Shown: one piece after another, positions 17,402 to 27,744 of the stretch
Layout of the letters: each line of letters starts with the position of its first letter
Numbering within the stretch: the stretch's first letter is position 1
Assembly: GCA_964637025.1 (NCBI GenBank)
Contig: CAZWTL010000004.1
Coordinates: 34,508 to 98,507, forward strand
Direction of reading: 5' to 3'
From: an uncultured Syntrophaceae bacterium
GTDB lineage: Bacteria; Desulfobacterota; Syntrophia; Syntrophales; UBA5619
DNA: 64,000 nucleotides
Position numbers and translations under genes: made by a program
The notes under the pieces: generated by a model
What the model was told of the DNA's origin: nothing
Seen by the model: the letters and a program-made list of their open reading frames with translations, nothing else
The model's database searches: none

Positions 17402-18558
17402 AGTTTGGCCCGGCGGAAATACTCCCGCCGGCACGACTGTTCGACGGCGAGCAGTGCGCCGAACGCATCGTTGAAATCCCCCCCTCCGGCGGCAAACACG
17501 CCGTGTCCGTGGACGATGACCGCCGGATGTTCCCTGAGGGCGGGCGGCACGGTCCCGCAGAGGCCGCGGGGGCCGGTTCCGATCTCCCCGGTCACGACGG
17601 GAACCCCGCCGGCGACCCGCCTTTCGGGACAGCGGATATGGCAGGCCCCCCGTTCCGGGCAATCCGTACGGCCGCAGTCCAGCGAAAGAATCACGGAGAA
17701 GCGCGGGTGCCCATGGAGAACGGTGCGTCTTCCAGCATCCAGGACGATCCGGCGATGGGCGGCAAACTCACTGGAGGCGGTGATCCCGGCGCAGGAGGAG
17801 CCGTCCAGCGGGACCGGGTCGATGCATCCCTCCAATGCGTCGAGGGAGCTCCCCGTCTGACTGATATAGAGGACGTTTCCGGACAGACAGGAGACGTTCC
17901 CGAAAAAAGAGTCGACCATTCTGGAGGCCACGGTCGCCCTCCCCGCTTCCGCCATCGCCTCCATCACCGCCGCCGCGTCGGCAAAAGGTCCCCGTTTGAG
18001 CGCGAGGGGAGCGGACGGAGGGGCGTCGAGATGGGCCACGGCCCGCTGAAAGGCCTCTTCCCGCTCCGCGCTGACCGTTCCCTGTCGGACATTTGCCAGA
18101 TAATCGACAAAAAATTTCACGAACGCGGAGAAGCAGACGGAGCAAAAGGTGACGTAGGCCTGCTCCGGGCTTACCGTCCCGAAGGTGGCGATCCCCCGGC
18201 CCGGTACGATGACGCCTTTTCGCCGCCTGAGGGCGGCGACGACCTCACCGGCCCCGAACGCCGCAGCGACCGGGAGATCGTGGAAGAAGGTTCTCGTCTC
18301 CGTGTCTTCCGGGAAGATTGCGCCGCCAACCGCCTCGCCGGCGAGATAATCGATCGCGGTCCGGTACGGTTCGGCGGGACGGCTGTAAAGCAGCGACTGG
18401 ATGTTGAGCCCGGCGAACACCTCCTCGAAAAGGGGGCGGTTGGGGTCATCCCGGTTCCAGACGAGATCGGCATCGACGGCGCCCATGAGCGGCGCCCCCG
18501 CCTCCGCATATCCGGAGGCAGCCAGTTTGTCCATGTATTTCCGAATCAGCCCTTCCAT
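17395..18558 (-). CDS. Class II aldolase/adducin-family protein with tandem (degenerate + intact) domains
   Basis: C-half GNVS, SSEFAAH, HGHP, IVHGHGVF; N-half has the parallel GVIVPGRGIATFG lacking His. Confidence 0.75.
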   Translation of the reverse strand: MEGLIRKYMDKLAASGYAEAGAPLMGAVDADLVWNRDDPNRPLFEEVFAGLNIQSLLYSRPAEPYRTAIDYLAGEAVGGAIFPEDTETRTFFHDLPVAAAFGAGEVVAALRRRKGVIVPGRGIATFGTVSPEQAYVTFCSVCFSAFVKFFVDYLANVRQGTVSAEREEAFQRAVAHLDAPPSAPLALKRGPFADAAAVMEAMAEAGRATVASRMVDSFFGNVSCLSGNVLYISQTGSSLDALEGCIDPVPLDGSSCAGITASSEFAAHRRIVLDAGRRTVLHGHPRFSVILSLDCGRTDCPERGACHIRCPERRVAGGVPVVTGEIGTGPRGLCGTVPPALREHPAVIVHGHGVFAAGGGDFNDAFGALLAVEQSCRREYFRRAKLQ

Positions 18559-20309
18559 GAAAGCCCCAATTCCCCGGCCTTGGATGGCAGGGGCATGCCC
18601 CTTTCGTCCAGGCCGCGGACGGCGTAATAGCGTCCGCGCGCCGCCAGAAACGCGTCGCGGTCGATGGGCGGTGTCGAAAATCCGCTCCCCCCGGAGCCGG
18701 GCTCCGAGAAGAAACGCCCCGGCAGATCGTCGTCTCCGGCCCCGAATCCATTGGCCGCGTTCATTATCCGTTCCCGGTAGACGATCCGCTCGCCGGCCAG
18801 GAGCAGGCCCTGCGCGGAGGAGGGAACGCCGGTTACGGCCGTGAATACCTTCGCGAACTCCTCGATCGAGGCGGCGAAGAAGACAAACTTGCAGGCCGTC
18901 AGGGAATCGACCGCGGCATTGAGGTCCTCGGCGATCTTCACGATCCTTGCCTTGCCGCTGAAGCTCATCCGGTCGGTCGCCACCGGCTTGCGAAGCAGCT
19001 CGTGTGCGATCGGATAGGCGCGGAGATGGCAGCCGCCCCGGGTGGAGACGGCGTAGGCCAGGGCCATCCCCAGGGCGCCGCGCGGATCATAGGCCGGAAG
19101 TTCCTGCCCCTTGACCGCCATGGCGCATTCCGGCCGTCCGCGCGAGACGGCGTAGGCCGCAGATCCCCGGCCGAGGGCCGCTCCGGGTCCCTCCCCCCTG
19201 GCCATGCCCTCGAGCAGCGAAAGGATCTCCGGTGCCGCAAGCCGGACGTTTTCGATTTCGGCATGACAGGCAAGGGTCGCCGCGGCGGAGATCGTGTCCA
19301 TGCCGAGGTCGTTGCAGATGCGGTTCGCCGCAACCGCCATTTTCGGATCCCCGTTTTCCAGCAGCGCGGTGAAATGGGAAAGGGTTTCGAACTCGGGGAG
19401 CGATGTTCCGTCCGGAGCGACCTTCTTGCAGGCAATCGGACAGCCCCGGCAGCCGGTTCTTTTCGGCCGGTAGAGCGCCCGGAGCAAGGGGGCGTTGCAG
19501 CCGGGGGCCGGAGGAAAGAAGGTCCCCCGGAAATTGGCCGTCGGCATCATCCGCCGGGAGTGGGTCAGGTCGTAGAGGGCGGATGTTCCGAATTCGGCGA
19601 TCCCGAATTCCCCGAAGATCGCCGGCGATGCGGCCATGAGGCGCCGAATCTCCTCCACGGCATCCCGCAATTCCCCCGGATCGGCAACGGCCGTTCTCCC
19701 CTGTCCGGCGGCCGCGACGTACTTGAGGTTTTTCGCGGCGAAAGAAAGACCGAGGCCGTTCCGTCCCGCCGCAAAATGGCCGTCCACGATCACGTTGGCG
19801 AAGGCGACGCCGTGTTCGGCCGCGGGCCCGGTCAAGGCTACGCCTCCCCGGCCTTCGAGCATCCCGAAGGCCCGCGACGTGGGAAGACCTGCCAAGGCTG
19901 AGGCGTCGCGGATCTCCACGTTGCCGTCGCGGATCTCGATGCCGCAGGAGAAAGGGCTGCGGCCGGTGATGACGATCCCGTCCCATCCGGCCCTCTTGAG
20001 GCGCGTTCCCATCGTCCCCCCCACGGAGCAGTCGCCGACCGTCCCGGTGAGCGGCGAGCGGGAAAGCAGGGTCATCCTTCCCGACGCCGGAGAGGCGGTG
20101 CCGACCAGGGGACCGGTGAAGAGCAGCAGCGGCATGGACGGATCGTCCCAGCGGCGCGCGGCCTCCGGCTCCAGATAACGGCCCGCCAGACCCCGCCCGC
20201 CGATGCTCTCATGGTAAGAGGCGACGGGCGGACACTCAACCTCCCATCTCCCCGCCGTCAGATCGATCCTCAGGATCCTGCCGCACCAGCCGTTCATCGC
20301 GATTTCCAT
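18546..20309 (-). CDS. aor: Aldehyde:ferredoxin oxidoreductase family (W/Mo)
   Basis: GWCGRILRIDL, GGRGL, SRSPLTG, GRNGLG..KNLK, CNDLGMDTIS, YDPRG, RGGCH; alternative start 20297. Confidence 0.93.
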   Translation of the reverse strand: MEIAMNGWCGRILRIDLTAGRWEVECPPVASYHESIGGRGLAGRYLEPEAARRWDDPSMPLLLFTGPLVGTASPASGRMTLLSRSPLTGTVGDCSVGGTMGTRLKRAGWDGIVITGRSPFSCGIEIRDGNVEIRDASALAGLPTSRAFGMLEGRGGVALTGPAAEHGVAFANVIVDGHFAAGRNGLGLSFAAKNLKYVAAAGQGRTAVADPGELRDAVEEIRRLMAASPAIFGEFGIAEFGTSALYDLTHSRRMMPTANFRGTFFPPAPGCNAPLLRALYRPKRTGCRGCPIACKKVAPDGTSLPEFETLSHFTALLENGDPKMAVAANRICNDLGMDTISAAATLACHAEIENVRLAAPEILSLLEGMARGEGPGAALGRGSAAYAVSRGRPECAMAVKGQELPAYDPRGALGMALAYAVSTRGGCHLRAYPIAHELLRKPVATDRMSFSGKARIVKIAEDLNAAVDSLTACKFVFFAASIEEFAKVFTAVTGVPSSAQGLLLAGERIVYRERIMNAANGFGAGDDDLPGRFFSEPGSGGSGFSTPPIDRDAFLAARGRYYAVRGLDERGMPLPSKAGELGLSWKG

Positions 20310-20469
20310 GTTCCTGCGCCATCTCCGCCCGGGCCAGGGCGGACGTGTCCACGACGGGCGCTAAACGGATCGGTCCTCTTGCGCCGGAAGCTCCGGAACG
20401 CGGCCGATCCGCAACATCGTGACCATCCCCGGATTCCCCTGCAGCCGGCTGATGTCTCCCGATCGGGAT

Positions 20470-21342
20470 CTATCGGCCATCCGCCGTAGCGGAATTCCCC
20501 TGTCCGATCCCCGCCAGAATCATGCCTGCCAGGATCAGGCACGCGCCGATCGCCCCTGCGATTCCGAATCGCTCCCCAAGGGCCACGTAACCGCACAACG
20601 CGGCGAAAACCGGCTCCATGCAGAAGATCAAAGCGGTGCGGGTGGGGTTCGTCAGCCGCTGAGCCGAGGTCTGGACAAGAAAGGCAAAAACCGTCGCGAA
20701 CAGGACGCAGATCACCAGGGCCCAAAGGATCTGCGGATGCCAGACCATGATCCGGTCCCCGAGCACCAGGGCCGTCAGAACACTCAGGAGCGCCACGACA
20801 CCGAGTTGGATGGCCGTGAGCCAGTAAACGTCGCTGCTCGATGCGTATTTCCCCGTGTAGATCAGGTGGAGGGCAACGCTGACCGCGCAGATCCCTGCCA
20901 GGATGTCCCCCTTGTTGAAGAACCAGCCGCCGTCCGTGCAGAGCAGATAAAGGCCGGCGGCCGCCAGCCCCACGCCCAAGCTCATGTTCCGGGTCACGCG
21001 ATGGCCGTGAAACCAGACGCCCAGCAGAGGGACCAGAACCACGCTCAGGCCCGTCAGGAACGCCGCGTTGGAGGCCGTCGTGTGGAGAAGGGCCGCGGTC
21101 TGGAAGGCATAGCCGCCGAAAAGAAAGAGGCCCATGACCACCCCCCGGCCGATGAGCCGGGACGAAAAGGGACGCCGCATCAGCAGGCAGATCACGGCCA
21201 TGATGAGCGCGGCGGCAACGAAACGCTGCGCGAGAAAGACGAAGACACCCGTGACTTGGATCGCTTCCTTCACGACCACGAAAGTCACCCCCCAGAAAAA
21301 CGTCGTCACGATGAGGAGAAACTCCGCCCTCCATCTCTTCAT
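20470..21342 (-). CDS. DMT/EamA-family transporter
   Basis: Two EamA repeats: FWGVTFVVVK, TTASNAAFLTGLSVVLVP, LIFCMEPVFA. Confidence 0.9.
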   Translation of the reverse strand: MKRWRAEFLLIVTTFFWGVTFVVVKEAIQVTGVFVFLAQRFVAAALIMAVICLLMRRPFSSRLIGRGVVMGLFLFGGYAFQTAALLHTTASNAAFLTGLSVVLVPLLGVWFHGHRVTRNMSLGVGLAAAGLYLLCTDGGWFFNKGDILAGICAVSVALHLIYTGKYASSSDVYWLTAIQLGVVALLSVLTALVLGDRIMVWHPQILWALVICVLFATVFAFLVQTSAQRLTNPTRTALIFCMEPVFAALCGYVALGERFGIAGAIGACLILAGMILAGIGQGNSATADGR

Positions 21343-21671
21343 CCGGTCATCCGCAAAACCCATTCGACAGCCCCTATGCAAAATCAAGTATCCCTATTTT
21401 ACCGGGGCTTATAACCTCCGCTGCGCCCAAAAGCAATGGGAAAGCCGGGATTATTATCTTGACATCCCCTCTGGCCGATAGTAGATATTTGCAAAATTTA
21501 TCCTTTGCCCGGCCGTGCATCGGCGCCATGAAGCCCTTACAGGGGTTGGGGCTTTCCGGCAGGGATCGGGCTTATACTGGAACGCGCCCCGGATCGCCCA
21601 ACGTCATGCGGGGCATTTTTAAGGCGTCCCGTTCGAGAACCCAGAGGAGTTTGAGTCAAAGGGAGGGAAAA

Positions 21672-22436
21672 ATGAAAGCACACCGTTTCGCTGTGACATC
21701 GCTTGTCGCGTTGACCCTGATGATCGCCCCCCTCGCACCGCCCGCTGCGCTGGCCGCTGAAAAGACGAGGACGATCACCGTTGCCACCGACGCCACCTGG
21801 CCGCCGATGGAGATGGTGGATGCCAACAAGAACATCGTCGGCTTCGACATCGACTTCCTGAAGGCGGTGGCCAAAGAGGCCGGTTTCAAGGTCGTGTTCA
21901 AGAACACCGCCTGGGACGGCATCTTCGCCGGGATCGAGGCGGGGAAATACGACGCGATCATTTCGTCCGTGACCATCACGGACGAGCGCAAGAAGACCAT
22001 GGACTTCTCCGACCCCTACATCAACGCAGGCCAGATCCTGGTCGTCCCGAAGACCGACAAGACCTCCAAGGTCCTGGCGGACCTCCAGGGCAAGAAGGCG
22101 GGGGCACAGATCGGCACGACCGGCGCGATGGAGGTCAAGAAGACCTCCGGCGTCGAGCTGAAGAGCTACGACGAGATCGGTCTCGCCTTTGAAGACATGG
22201 CGGCCGGACGAATTGCCGCCGTCGTCTGCGACACCCCGGTAGCTGCCAACTACGCCCTCCAGCGGAAGGAGTACAAGGACAAGTTCAAGATCGTCGGACA
22301 GGCCTTTACCGAAGAGTACTACGGCATTGTCGTGAAAAAGGGCAACAAGGAGCTCCAGGATCTCATCAACCGCGGCATCAAGGCCGTCAAGGACAAGGGA
22401 CTCGATAAGCCGATCATAAACAAGTGGCTCCGATAA
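21672..22436 (+). CDS. Basic amino acid ABC transporter substrate-binding protein
   Basis: ATDATWPPME, GFDID, WDGIF, AQIGTTG; GGAGGG RBS before ATG 21672. Confidence 0.93.
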   Translation: MKAHRFAVTSLVALTLMIAPLAPPAALAAEKTRTITVATDATWPPMEMVDANKNIVGFDIDFLKAVAKEAGFKVVFKNTAWDGIFAGIEAGKYDAIISSVTITDERKKTMDFSDPYINAGQILVVPKTDKTSKVLADLQGKKAGAQIGTTGAMEVKKTSGVELKSYDEIGLAFEDMAAGRIAAVVCDTPVAANYALQRKEYKDKFKIVGQAFTEEYYGIVVKKGNKELQDLINRGIKAVKDKGLDKPIINKWLR

Positions 22437-23239
22437 GAAATCGATCGAAAGCAGGGGATCCCCACGCGGAACGGACGGTGATCGCAGTCACTGACGGCGG
22501 CGCCATCCCGACCCGGGGGGACACCGGGCTCTTCACCGCGTGGCGCGTCGCCTTTATCGGCGCCATCGCGGTGGTGGTCTATCTTGCCCTTGTCCGGCCC
22601 GATCCCTACCTGAAGATCCTGAAGTTCGTCCCGGACGGCATCCTGGTCACCTTCGAGGTCACCATCGAGTCGATCCTGCTGGCCCTGGTCATCGGCCTGT
22701 TCACCGGCCTCGGCCGGATCTCGAAAAACCGGCTTCTCAACGGGGTCGCCTCACTCTATGTCGAGGTGGTCCGGGGAATCCCCCTGCTCGTTCAGCTCTT
22801 CTACATCTATTATGCGCTGGGCCGCCTCGTCAACCTCCCGGCCACGGCGAGCGCCGTGATTGCAATGGCCATCTGTTACGGGGCTTACATGGCGGAGATC
22901 TTCCGCGCGGGGATCGAATCGATCCCCAAAGGGCAGATGGAAGCGGCACGGTCCCTGGGAATGACCTCGTCCCAGGCCATGCGCCACGTCATCCTGCCGC
23001 AGGCCGTCAAGACGATCCTCCCGCCCATCGGCAACGAGTTCGTCGCCCTGCTCAAGGACTCCTCTCTGGTTTCCATCCTGGCCGTTTCCGACCTGCTGCG
23101 GCGGGGCCGCGAATTCGCGTCCGAATCCTTCACCTATTTCGAGACCTACACGATGGTGGCCCTCATTTACCTGATCATCACGCTCTTTTTTTCCAAGCTG
23201 ATCAGCCTGATGGAGGAAAAAATCCGTGCCGACCAGTGA
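22424..23239 (+). CDS. Amino acid ABC transporter permease
   Basis: [42 protein letters not shown]; start uncertain. Confidence 0.92.
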   Translation: MAPIRNRSKAGDPHAERTVIAVTDGGAIPTRGDTGLFTAWRVAFIGAIAVVVYLALVRPDPYLKILKFVPDGILVTFEVTIESILLALVIGLFTGLGRISKNRLLNGVASLYVEVVRGIPLLVQLFYIYYALGRLVNLPATASAVIAMAICYGAYMAEIFRAGIESIPKGQMEAARSLGMTSSQAMRHVILPQAVKTILPPIGNEFVALLKDSSLVSILAVSDLLRRGREFASESFTYFETYTMVALIYLIITLFFSKLISLMEEKIRADQ

Positions 23240-23972
23240 ATGCCGCGTGGTGCTGGAAATCCGAAACGTGGAGAAGTATTTCGGAAGGCTCAAGGCGCTG
23301 GACAACATCTCCCTCGATATATACGACGGGGAAAAGATGGTCATCATCGGTCCGAGCGGCTCGGGAAAAAGCACACTGCTGCGGTCCATCAACCGGCTGG
23401 AGACGATCCATCAGGGGCGCATCCTCATGGACGGCATCGACGTCCAGGACGAGGCGACGGACATCAACAAGGTCCGAGAAGAGATCGGCATGGTCTTTCA
23501 GTCCTTCAACGTGTTTCCCCACAAGACGGTGCTGGAGAACGTCAATCTCGCCCAGATGGTCGTGCGGAGACGCTCCCGCAGGGAGGCCATCGCCATCTCC
23601 GAGGAGCTGCTCGCCAAGGTGGGCATTCTCGACAAGGCCGATCAATACCCGCACAAACTGTCGGGCGGACAGCAGCAGCGGGTGGCGATCGCCCGGGCGC
23701 TGGCCATGAAGCCGAAACTGATGCTCTTCGACGAGCCCACCTCCGCCCTGGATCCGGAAATGATCGGAGAGGTTCTGGGGGTCATGAAGAACCTGGCCCG
23801 CGAGGGCATGACGATGATCGTCGTGACCCATGAGATGGGCTTTGCCCGCGAGGTCGCCGACAGGATCATTTTCATGGACTGCGGTGCGGTCGTTGAAGAG
23901 GGCACCCCGGAACATTTTTTCCGGAACCCATCGCAGGAGCGGACCAAGCTTTTCCTGAACCAGATCCTCTGA
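23226..23972 (+). CDS. Amino acid ABC ATP-binding protein (GlnQ family)
   Basis: [38 protein letters not shown]. Confidence 0.95.
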   Translation: MPTSECRVVLEIRNVEKYFGRLKALDNISLDIYDGEKMVIIGPSGSGKSTLLRSINRLETIHQGRILMDGIDVQDEATDINKVREEIGMVFQSFNVFPHKTVLENVNLAQMVVRRRSRREAIAISEELLAKVGILDKADQYPHKLSGGQQQRVAIARALAMKPKLMLFDEPTSALDPEMIGEVLGVMKNLAREGMTMIVVTHEMGFAREVADRIIFMDCGAVVEEGTPEHFFRNPSQERTKLFLNQIL

Positions 23973-23996
23973 TCGGCACTTTCAGCCACTTTCCAT

Positions 23997-24025
23997 TTGA
24001 CAATCCTCCGAATACCCGTCAGTAT
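23997..24025 (+). promoter_or_regulatory. Possible sigma70 promoter for the PAS/HD-GYP gene
   Basis: TTGACA-17 nt-CAGTAT (weak -10). Confidence 0.4.
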
Positions 24026-24047
24026 CGGAGCCGTGCGAGGGTGAACG

Positions 24048-25130
24048 ATGCAGGGCAAGGCCGAAAAACAGGATTTGTTCGGGCCATCGCCTCAGGGGAT
24101 GGCGACGCCGGGATTCCGCACGGCAGCAGCGACCAGGGCGCTGAAGGGAAACGGCGACCTTTACATGCAACTTGTCGACTTCATTCCCGACATGATCATC
24201 CACTCCGATCTCGACGGCAAAATCCTGTTCGTGAACGAGTATGCCCTGCGGATCAGCGGCTACACGCGTGAGGAGATCGAAGGCCGGAGCATCTTCATGT
24301 TCGTTCACCCCGCGGACCGCCAGAACGCGATCCAGAATTTCCGGATCATGACCGAGGGCAGGCTCGGACCCAGGGAATACACCCTGATCACGAAGGACGG
24401 CAGGCAGATCCTCTTCGAGGTGAACGGGGACGTCCTGCGTGGTCCGGACGGCGTGCCCTTCAGCGTGGTCAGCGTTTGCAGGGATATCAGCGGGCGCAAG
24501 CGCGCAGAAAAGGAATTCCGCAGGATCCTCGAAAGGCTCAGGAATGCCGTCGGCGTGACCATCCAGGTCATGGTTTCCGCCGTGGAGGCGAGGGATCCCT
24601 ATACGGCCGGTCATCAGCTCAGGACCGCGGATCTTGCCCGCGCCATTGGAACGGGGATGGGGTTGTCCCAGGACAAAGTCGACGGCATCCGAATGGCCGG
24701 CTCGATTCACGACATCGGGAAGCTGTCGATCCCGGCGGAGATACTGTCCAAACCCACCCAGCTGTCGAAGCTCGAATTCTCGCTGATCAAGGAGCATCCC
24801 CGGAAGGGATACGAGATGCTCAAGGATGTGGAATCTCCCTGGCCGCTGGCGCAGATCGTGCTCCAGCACCACGAGCGGATGGACGGCTCCGGGTATCCCC
24901 AAAATCTGAAGGGCGATGCCATCCTGGTGGAGGCCCGCATCATGGCCGTTGCGGACGTGGTCGAGTCTACGGCCTCTTACCGTCCCTATCGGCCCGCCCT
25001 GGGGCTCAACGCCGCCCTCGAGGAGATCAAGAGGAACAGCGGTATTCTTTATGACGGCTCGGTGGTGGACGCCTGTCTGCAACTGTTCCGCAAGAAGGGA
25101 TACCAGTTTCCCTCTTCGCAGCCATTGTAG
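24048..25130 (+). CDS. PAS + HD-GYP c-di-GMP phosphodiesterase
   Basis: PAS (ILFVNEYALRISGYTREEIEG), RDPYTAGHQ, IHDIGK, HHERMDGSGYP. Confidence 0.92.
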   Translation: MQGKAEKQDLFGPSPQGMATPGFRTAAATRALKGNGDLYMQLVDFIPDMIIHSDLDGKILFVNEYALRISGYTREEIEGRSIFMFVHPADRQNAIQNFRIMTEGRLGPREYTLITKDGRQILFEVNGDVLRGPDGVPFSVVSVCRDISGRKRAEKEFRRILERLRNAVGVTIQVMVSAVEARDPYTAGHQLRTADLARAIGTGMGLSQDKVDGIRMAGSIHDIGKLSIPAEILSKPTQLSKLEFSLIKEHPRKGYEMLKDVESPWPLAQIVLQHHERMDGSGYPQNLKGDAILVEARIMAVADVVESTASYRPYRPALGLNAALEEIKRNSGILYDGSVVDACLQLFRKKGYQFPSSQPL

Positions 25131-25371
25131 AAGGGCATGGGGACCGCTCGCTTCGGGCTCCCTGGGTCGGTTTCCCTCCCGCTTGCCGGCAAGAGTCGAC
25201 CACGGCGGCGGTCCCGTCAAGGATGGTCCGACGGTTCTTGAGGAGCTGTGCCGTTCAGGACCGGGACGCGCGTCGTTTCCCTGGCCCGGCTTTCAGCCGT
25301 CCTGCATAAGATGCGGAGACGCGGGAACCATACCGGTTGCCGTCCATACCTGGAAACCGTACGCTGTCACC

Positions 25372-26262
25372 ATGGCCGAAGCCCTGCAAAATGTCGTTGC
25401 GATGTTCCTGATCATGGCGGCTTCCTACGCGCTCATGATGCGGTCGCCCTACCCGGTGGAGGTCATCAACAACCTCGTTTTCAACTTCTTTCTGCCCGTC
25501 ACCGTATTCACCTCCATATACGGGTTGCAGAGGATTCCCGCCGGAGAGTTCCTGGCCATGGCGGCCTCAGGATTCGCTGCCATGGTCGTCACGGCCGCTT
25601 TTGCCGCGGCCGCCACCCGGTTAGGCGGCATCCGGGACCGGCGCCGGAAAACCTTCATCCTCGGGGCGTCCTACGGCAACCATGTCTTCCTGGGTTTCCC
25701 CGTCTGCTATGCCTTCCTGGGCGATCGCGGCATGGTGCTGGCCATGTTCTTCACGATCGGCAGCTATTTTTTCCTGTATGTCGTGGGAACCTGCATCATG
25801 ACCGGCCGGGTGACGCCGGCCGCCTTTCTGAAAAATCCCCTGATCCTGGCCACGGGCGCGGGATGCCTGTGCGTCTTGCTGGGCTGTCCAATCCCCTCGG
25901 TCCTTGACCACACCTTCTCCCTGATGAACAAGGCGACCTTTCCCCTTTCGATGATGGTGGTGGGCGGCGGCTTGAGGCTGGGATTTTTCGCCGATCCCGG
26001 GCGGATTCGGCTCGCCGCCTGCGCCTCGGCCATCAAGCTGGGCCTCGGGCCGCTCGCAGCCTGGGGGATTTGCCTGGCAGCCGGTCTCAGCGGGGATCAG
26101 ACCGCGGTCTGTGTGCTGCAATCGGCAATGCCCACCGCCGTTCTGGTCTCCATTTTTTCGGTGCAGTACGACGCCGATCCTGTCTTCAGCAACGCCATCG
26201 TCTCCCTGACGACCCTGGCCAGCATCGGGATCATCCCCATGCTCTTTTTGATGCTGAACTGA
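25372..26262 (+). CDS. AEC-family (auxin efflux carrier) transporter
   Basis: GNHVFLGFP, LQSAMPTAV; hydrophobic; start at MAEALQN. Confidence 0.88.
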   Translation: MAEALQNVVAMFLIMAASYALMMRSPYPVEVINNLVFNFFLPVTVFTSIYGLQRIPAGEFLAMAASGFAAMVVTAAFAAAATRLGGIRDRRRKTFILGASYGNHVFLGFPVCYAFLGDRGMVLAMFFTIGSYFFLYVVGTCIMTGRVTPAAFLKNPLILATGAGCLCVLLGCPIPSVLDHTFSLMNKATFPLSMMVVGGGLRLGFFADPGRIRLAACASAIKLGLGPLAAWGICLAAGLSGDQTAVCVLQSAMPTAVLVSIFSVQYDADPVFSNAIVSLTTLASIGIIPMLFLMLN

Positions 26263-26297
26263 GGGGACCATCGGAAAGGCGCGTGCACCGGTGGGGA

Positions 26298-27740
26298 TCA
26301 TCCGCCCGGGATGATGCGCAAAGGCTCGCCAACCACCCGCCAGTAGGGCAGCGCGACGAAAAGCACCGCCAGATAGGCCGCAAAGGTCATCCACAGGCCG
26401 AAGCGGAAGATCTCCGCCGCCGTAAGGTGCCCCCGCTCGTAGACCACCAGGGAAGAGGCGCTCTGCGCCGGATAATACAGGACCGCGTCGCCGGCAATCA
26501 TCACCGCAAGGCCGCAGACCACGGGGTTCAGGCCGGTGGCCGTGCCGATCGACATCGCGATCGGGATGGTCGTCGCCAGAAAACCGGTGATGTTGGGTAT
26601 CAGCAGACGGACCGGCGCCCCAGCCAGCAGGAGCACGACCACAACCAGTACGGGCTGCTGCGAGAAGGCCGGTATGCCCTGAACGATGGACGAGGCAATC
26701 CAGGCGCTGGCGCCGCTGCTGCTGAGCGCCCGGGCAAGCGACAGCGAGGAGGCCAGCACGAAAAAATTGGCCCATCCGAATTCCGTTTCGAACTCCCTCC
26801 AGGTCAGGACCCCTATACCCGGCGTGAGCAGAAAGGCCCAGGCGAGGACCGCGGGCAGGGCCGGGTTCCAATGATGCCAAGCATCCGTCAGCCACAGCAG
26901 CGACGCGCCGATGGTGATCGCCAGCGTCCGGATCTCCTTTCCGGAAAGGGGCTTACCGGCAGTGAAGGGCAGCGCCTCCAGCGGCGTGTCGAATCCCCTG
27001 CGGTACAGCAGATAGATGAGGATGGAGCCGAGGGCGAGCAGAACCCCGTAAGGGACGATCATCAGCGCCAGCCAGCGCCCCCACGAGATCCCACCGATCA
27101 GGGAGGCAGCCAGCACGGGTGTAATTCCGCCCGTCAGCAGGACCGTGGAAGCGAGCCGGTTGATCGAATTGAGCCCAATCATGATCGCCTTGGCCAGCGG
27201 GTCTCCCCGGGGGATGCGGCCCAGATCCAGCGCCTGCTCGTAGACGAAAACAAGGATGCCCGTGCGGGTCGTCGCCGAAGGGAGGAGCAGCGTGAGCAGC
27301 GGGAAGGAGAGCAGCATCTGCAGGAAAAGGGCCCGCGAGCTTCCCCGGCAGCGCCGGAGAAAGAACCGCGCCACCCTTTCGGCCAAGCCGCTCCGCAGGA
27401 CGGCCAGACCGATGGTCAGAACGCCGATGAGAAAATAGGCGACCGGCTCCGCAAACCCCACCAGCGCCTCCTGGAATCCAGGCACGCCCCCTGAGAGGGC
27501 AAGCGCGATGACCAGCAGAATCCCGGTCACGGCCGCCGGAATCGCATCCGTGCACCAAAGGCCGATCGCCATGACGGCCACGGCCAGCACGCGCTGGCCT
27601 GCTGTGGAGAGCCCGGCGGGCGCGGGCAGAACCATCAGGACCGCAGCCAAGCCGGCCATAAAAACGGTGATCGCCAGCGACCGCCCATCGCCCCCGAGGA
27701 TATTCCGCCCCCCTCCTCTTCCCGTTCGATCACTGCTCAT
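26298..27740 (-). CDS. DASS/SLC13 anion transporter
   Basis: LLPSATTR and LIPNITG hairpin motifs, many TM segments; start at MSSDRTG. Confidence 0.85.
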   Translation of the reverse strand: MSSDRTGRGGGRNILGGDGRSLAITVFMAGLAAVLMVLPAPAGLSTAGQRVLAVAVMAIGLWCTDAIPAAVTGILLVIALALSGGVPGFQEALVGFAEPVAYFLIGVLTIGLAVLRSGLAERVARFFLRRCRGSSRALFLQMLLSFPLLTLLLPSATTRTGILVFVYEQALDLGRIPRGDPLAKAIMIGLNSINRLASTVLLTGGITPVLAASLIGGISWGRWLALMIVPYGVLLALGSILIYLLYRRGFDTPLEALPFTAGKPLSGKEIRTLAITIGASLLWLTDAWHHWNPALPAVLAWAFLLTPGIGVLTWREFETEFGWANFFVLASSLSLARALSSSGASAWIASSIVQGIPAFSQQPVLVVVVLLLAGAPVRLLIPNITGFLATTIPIAMSIGTATGLNPVVCGLAVMIAGDAVLYYPAQSASSLVVYERGHLTAAEIFRFGLWMTFAAYLAVLFVALPYWRVVGEPLRIIPGG

Positions 27741-27744
27741 ACCT

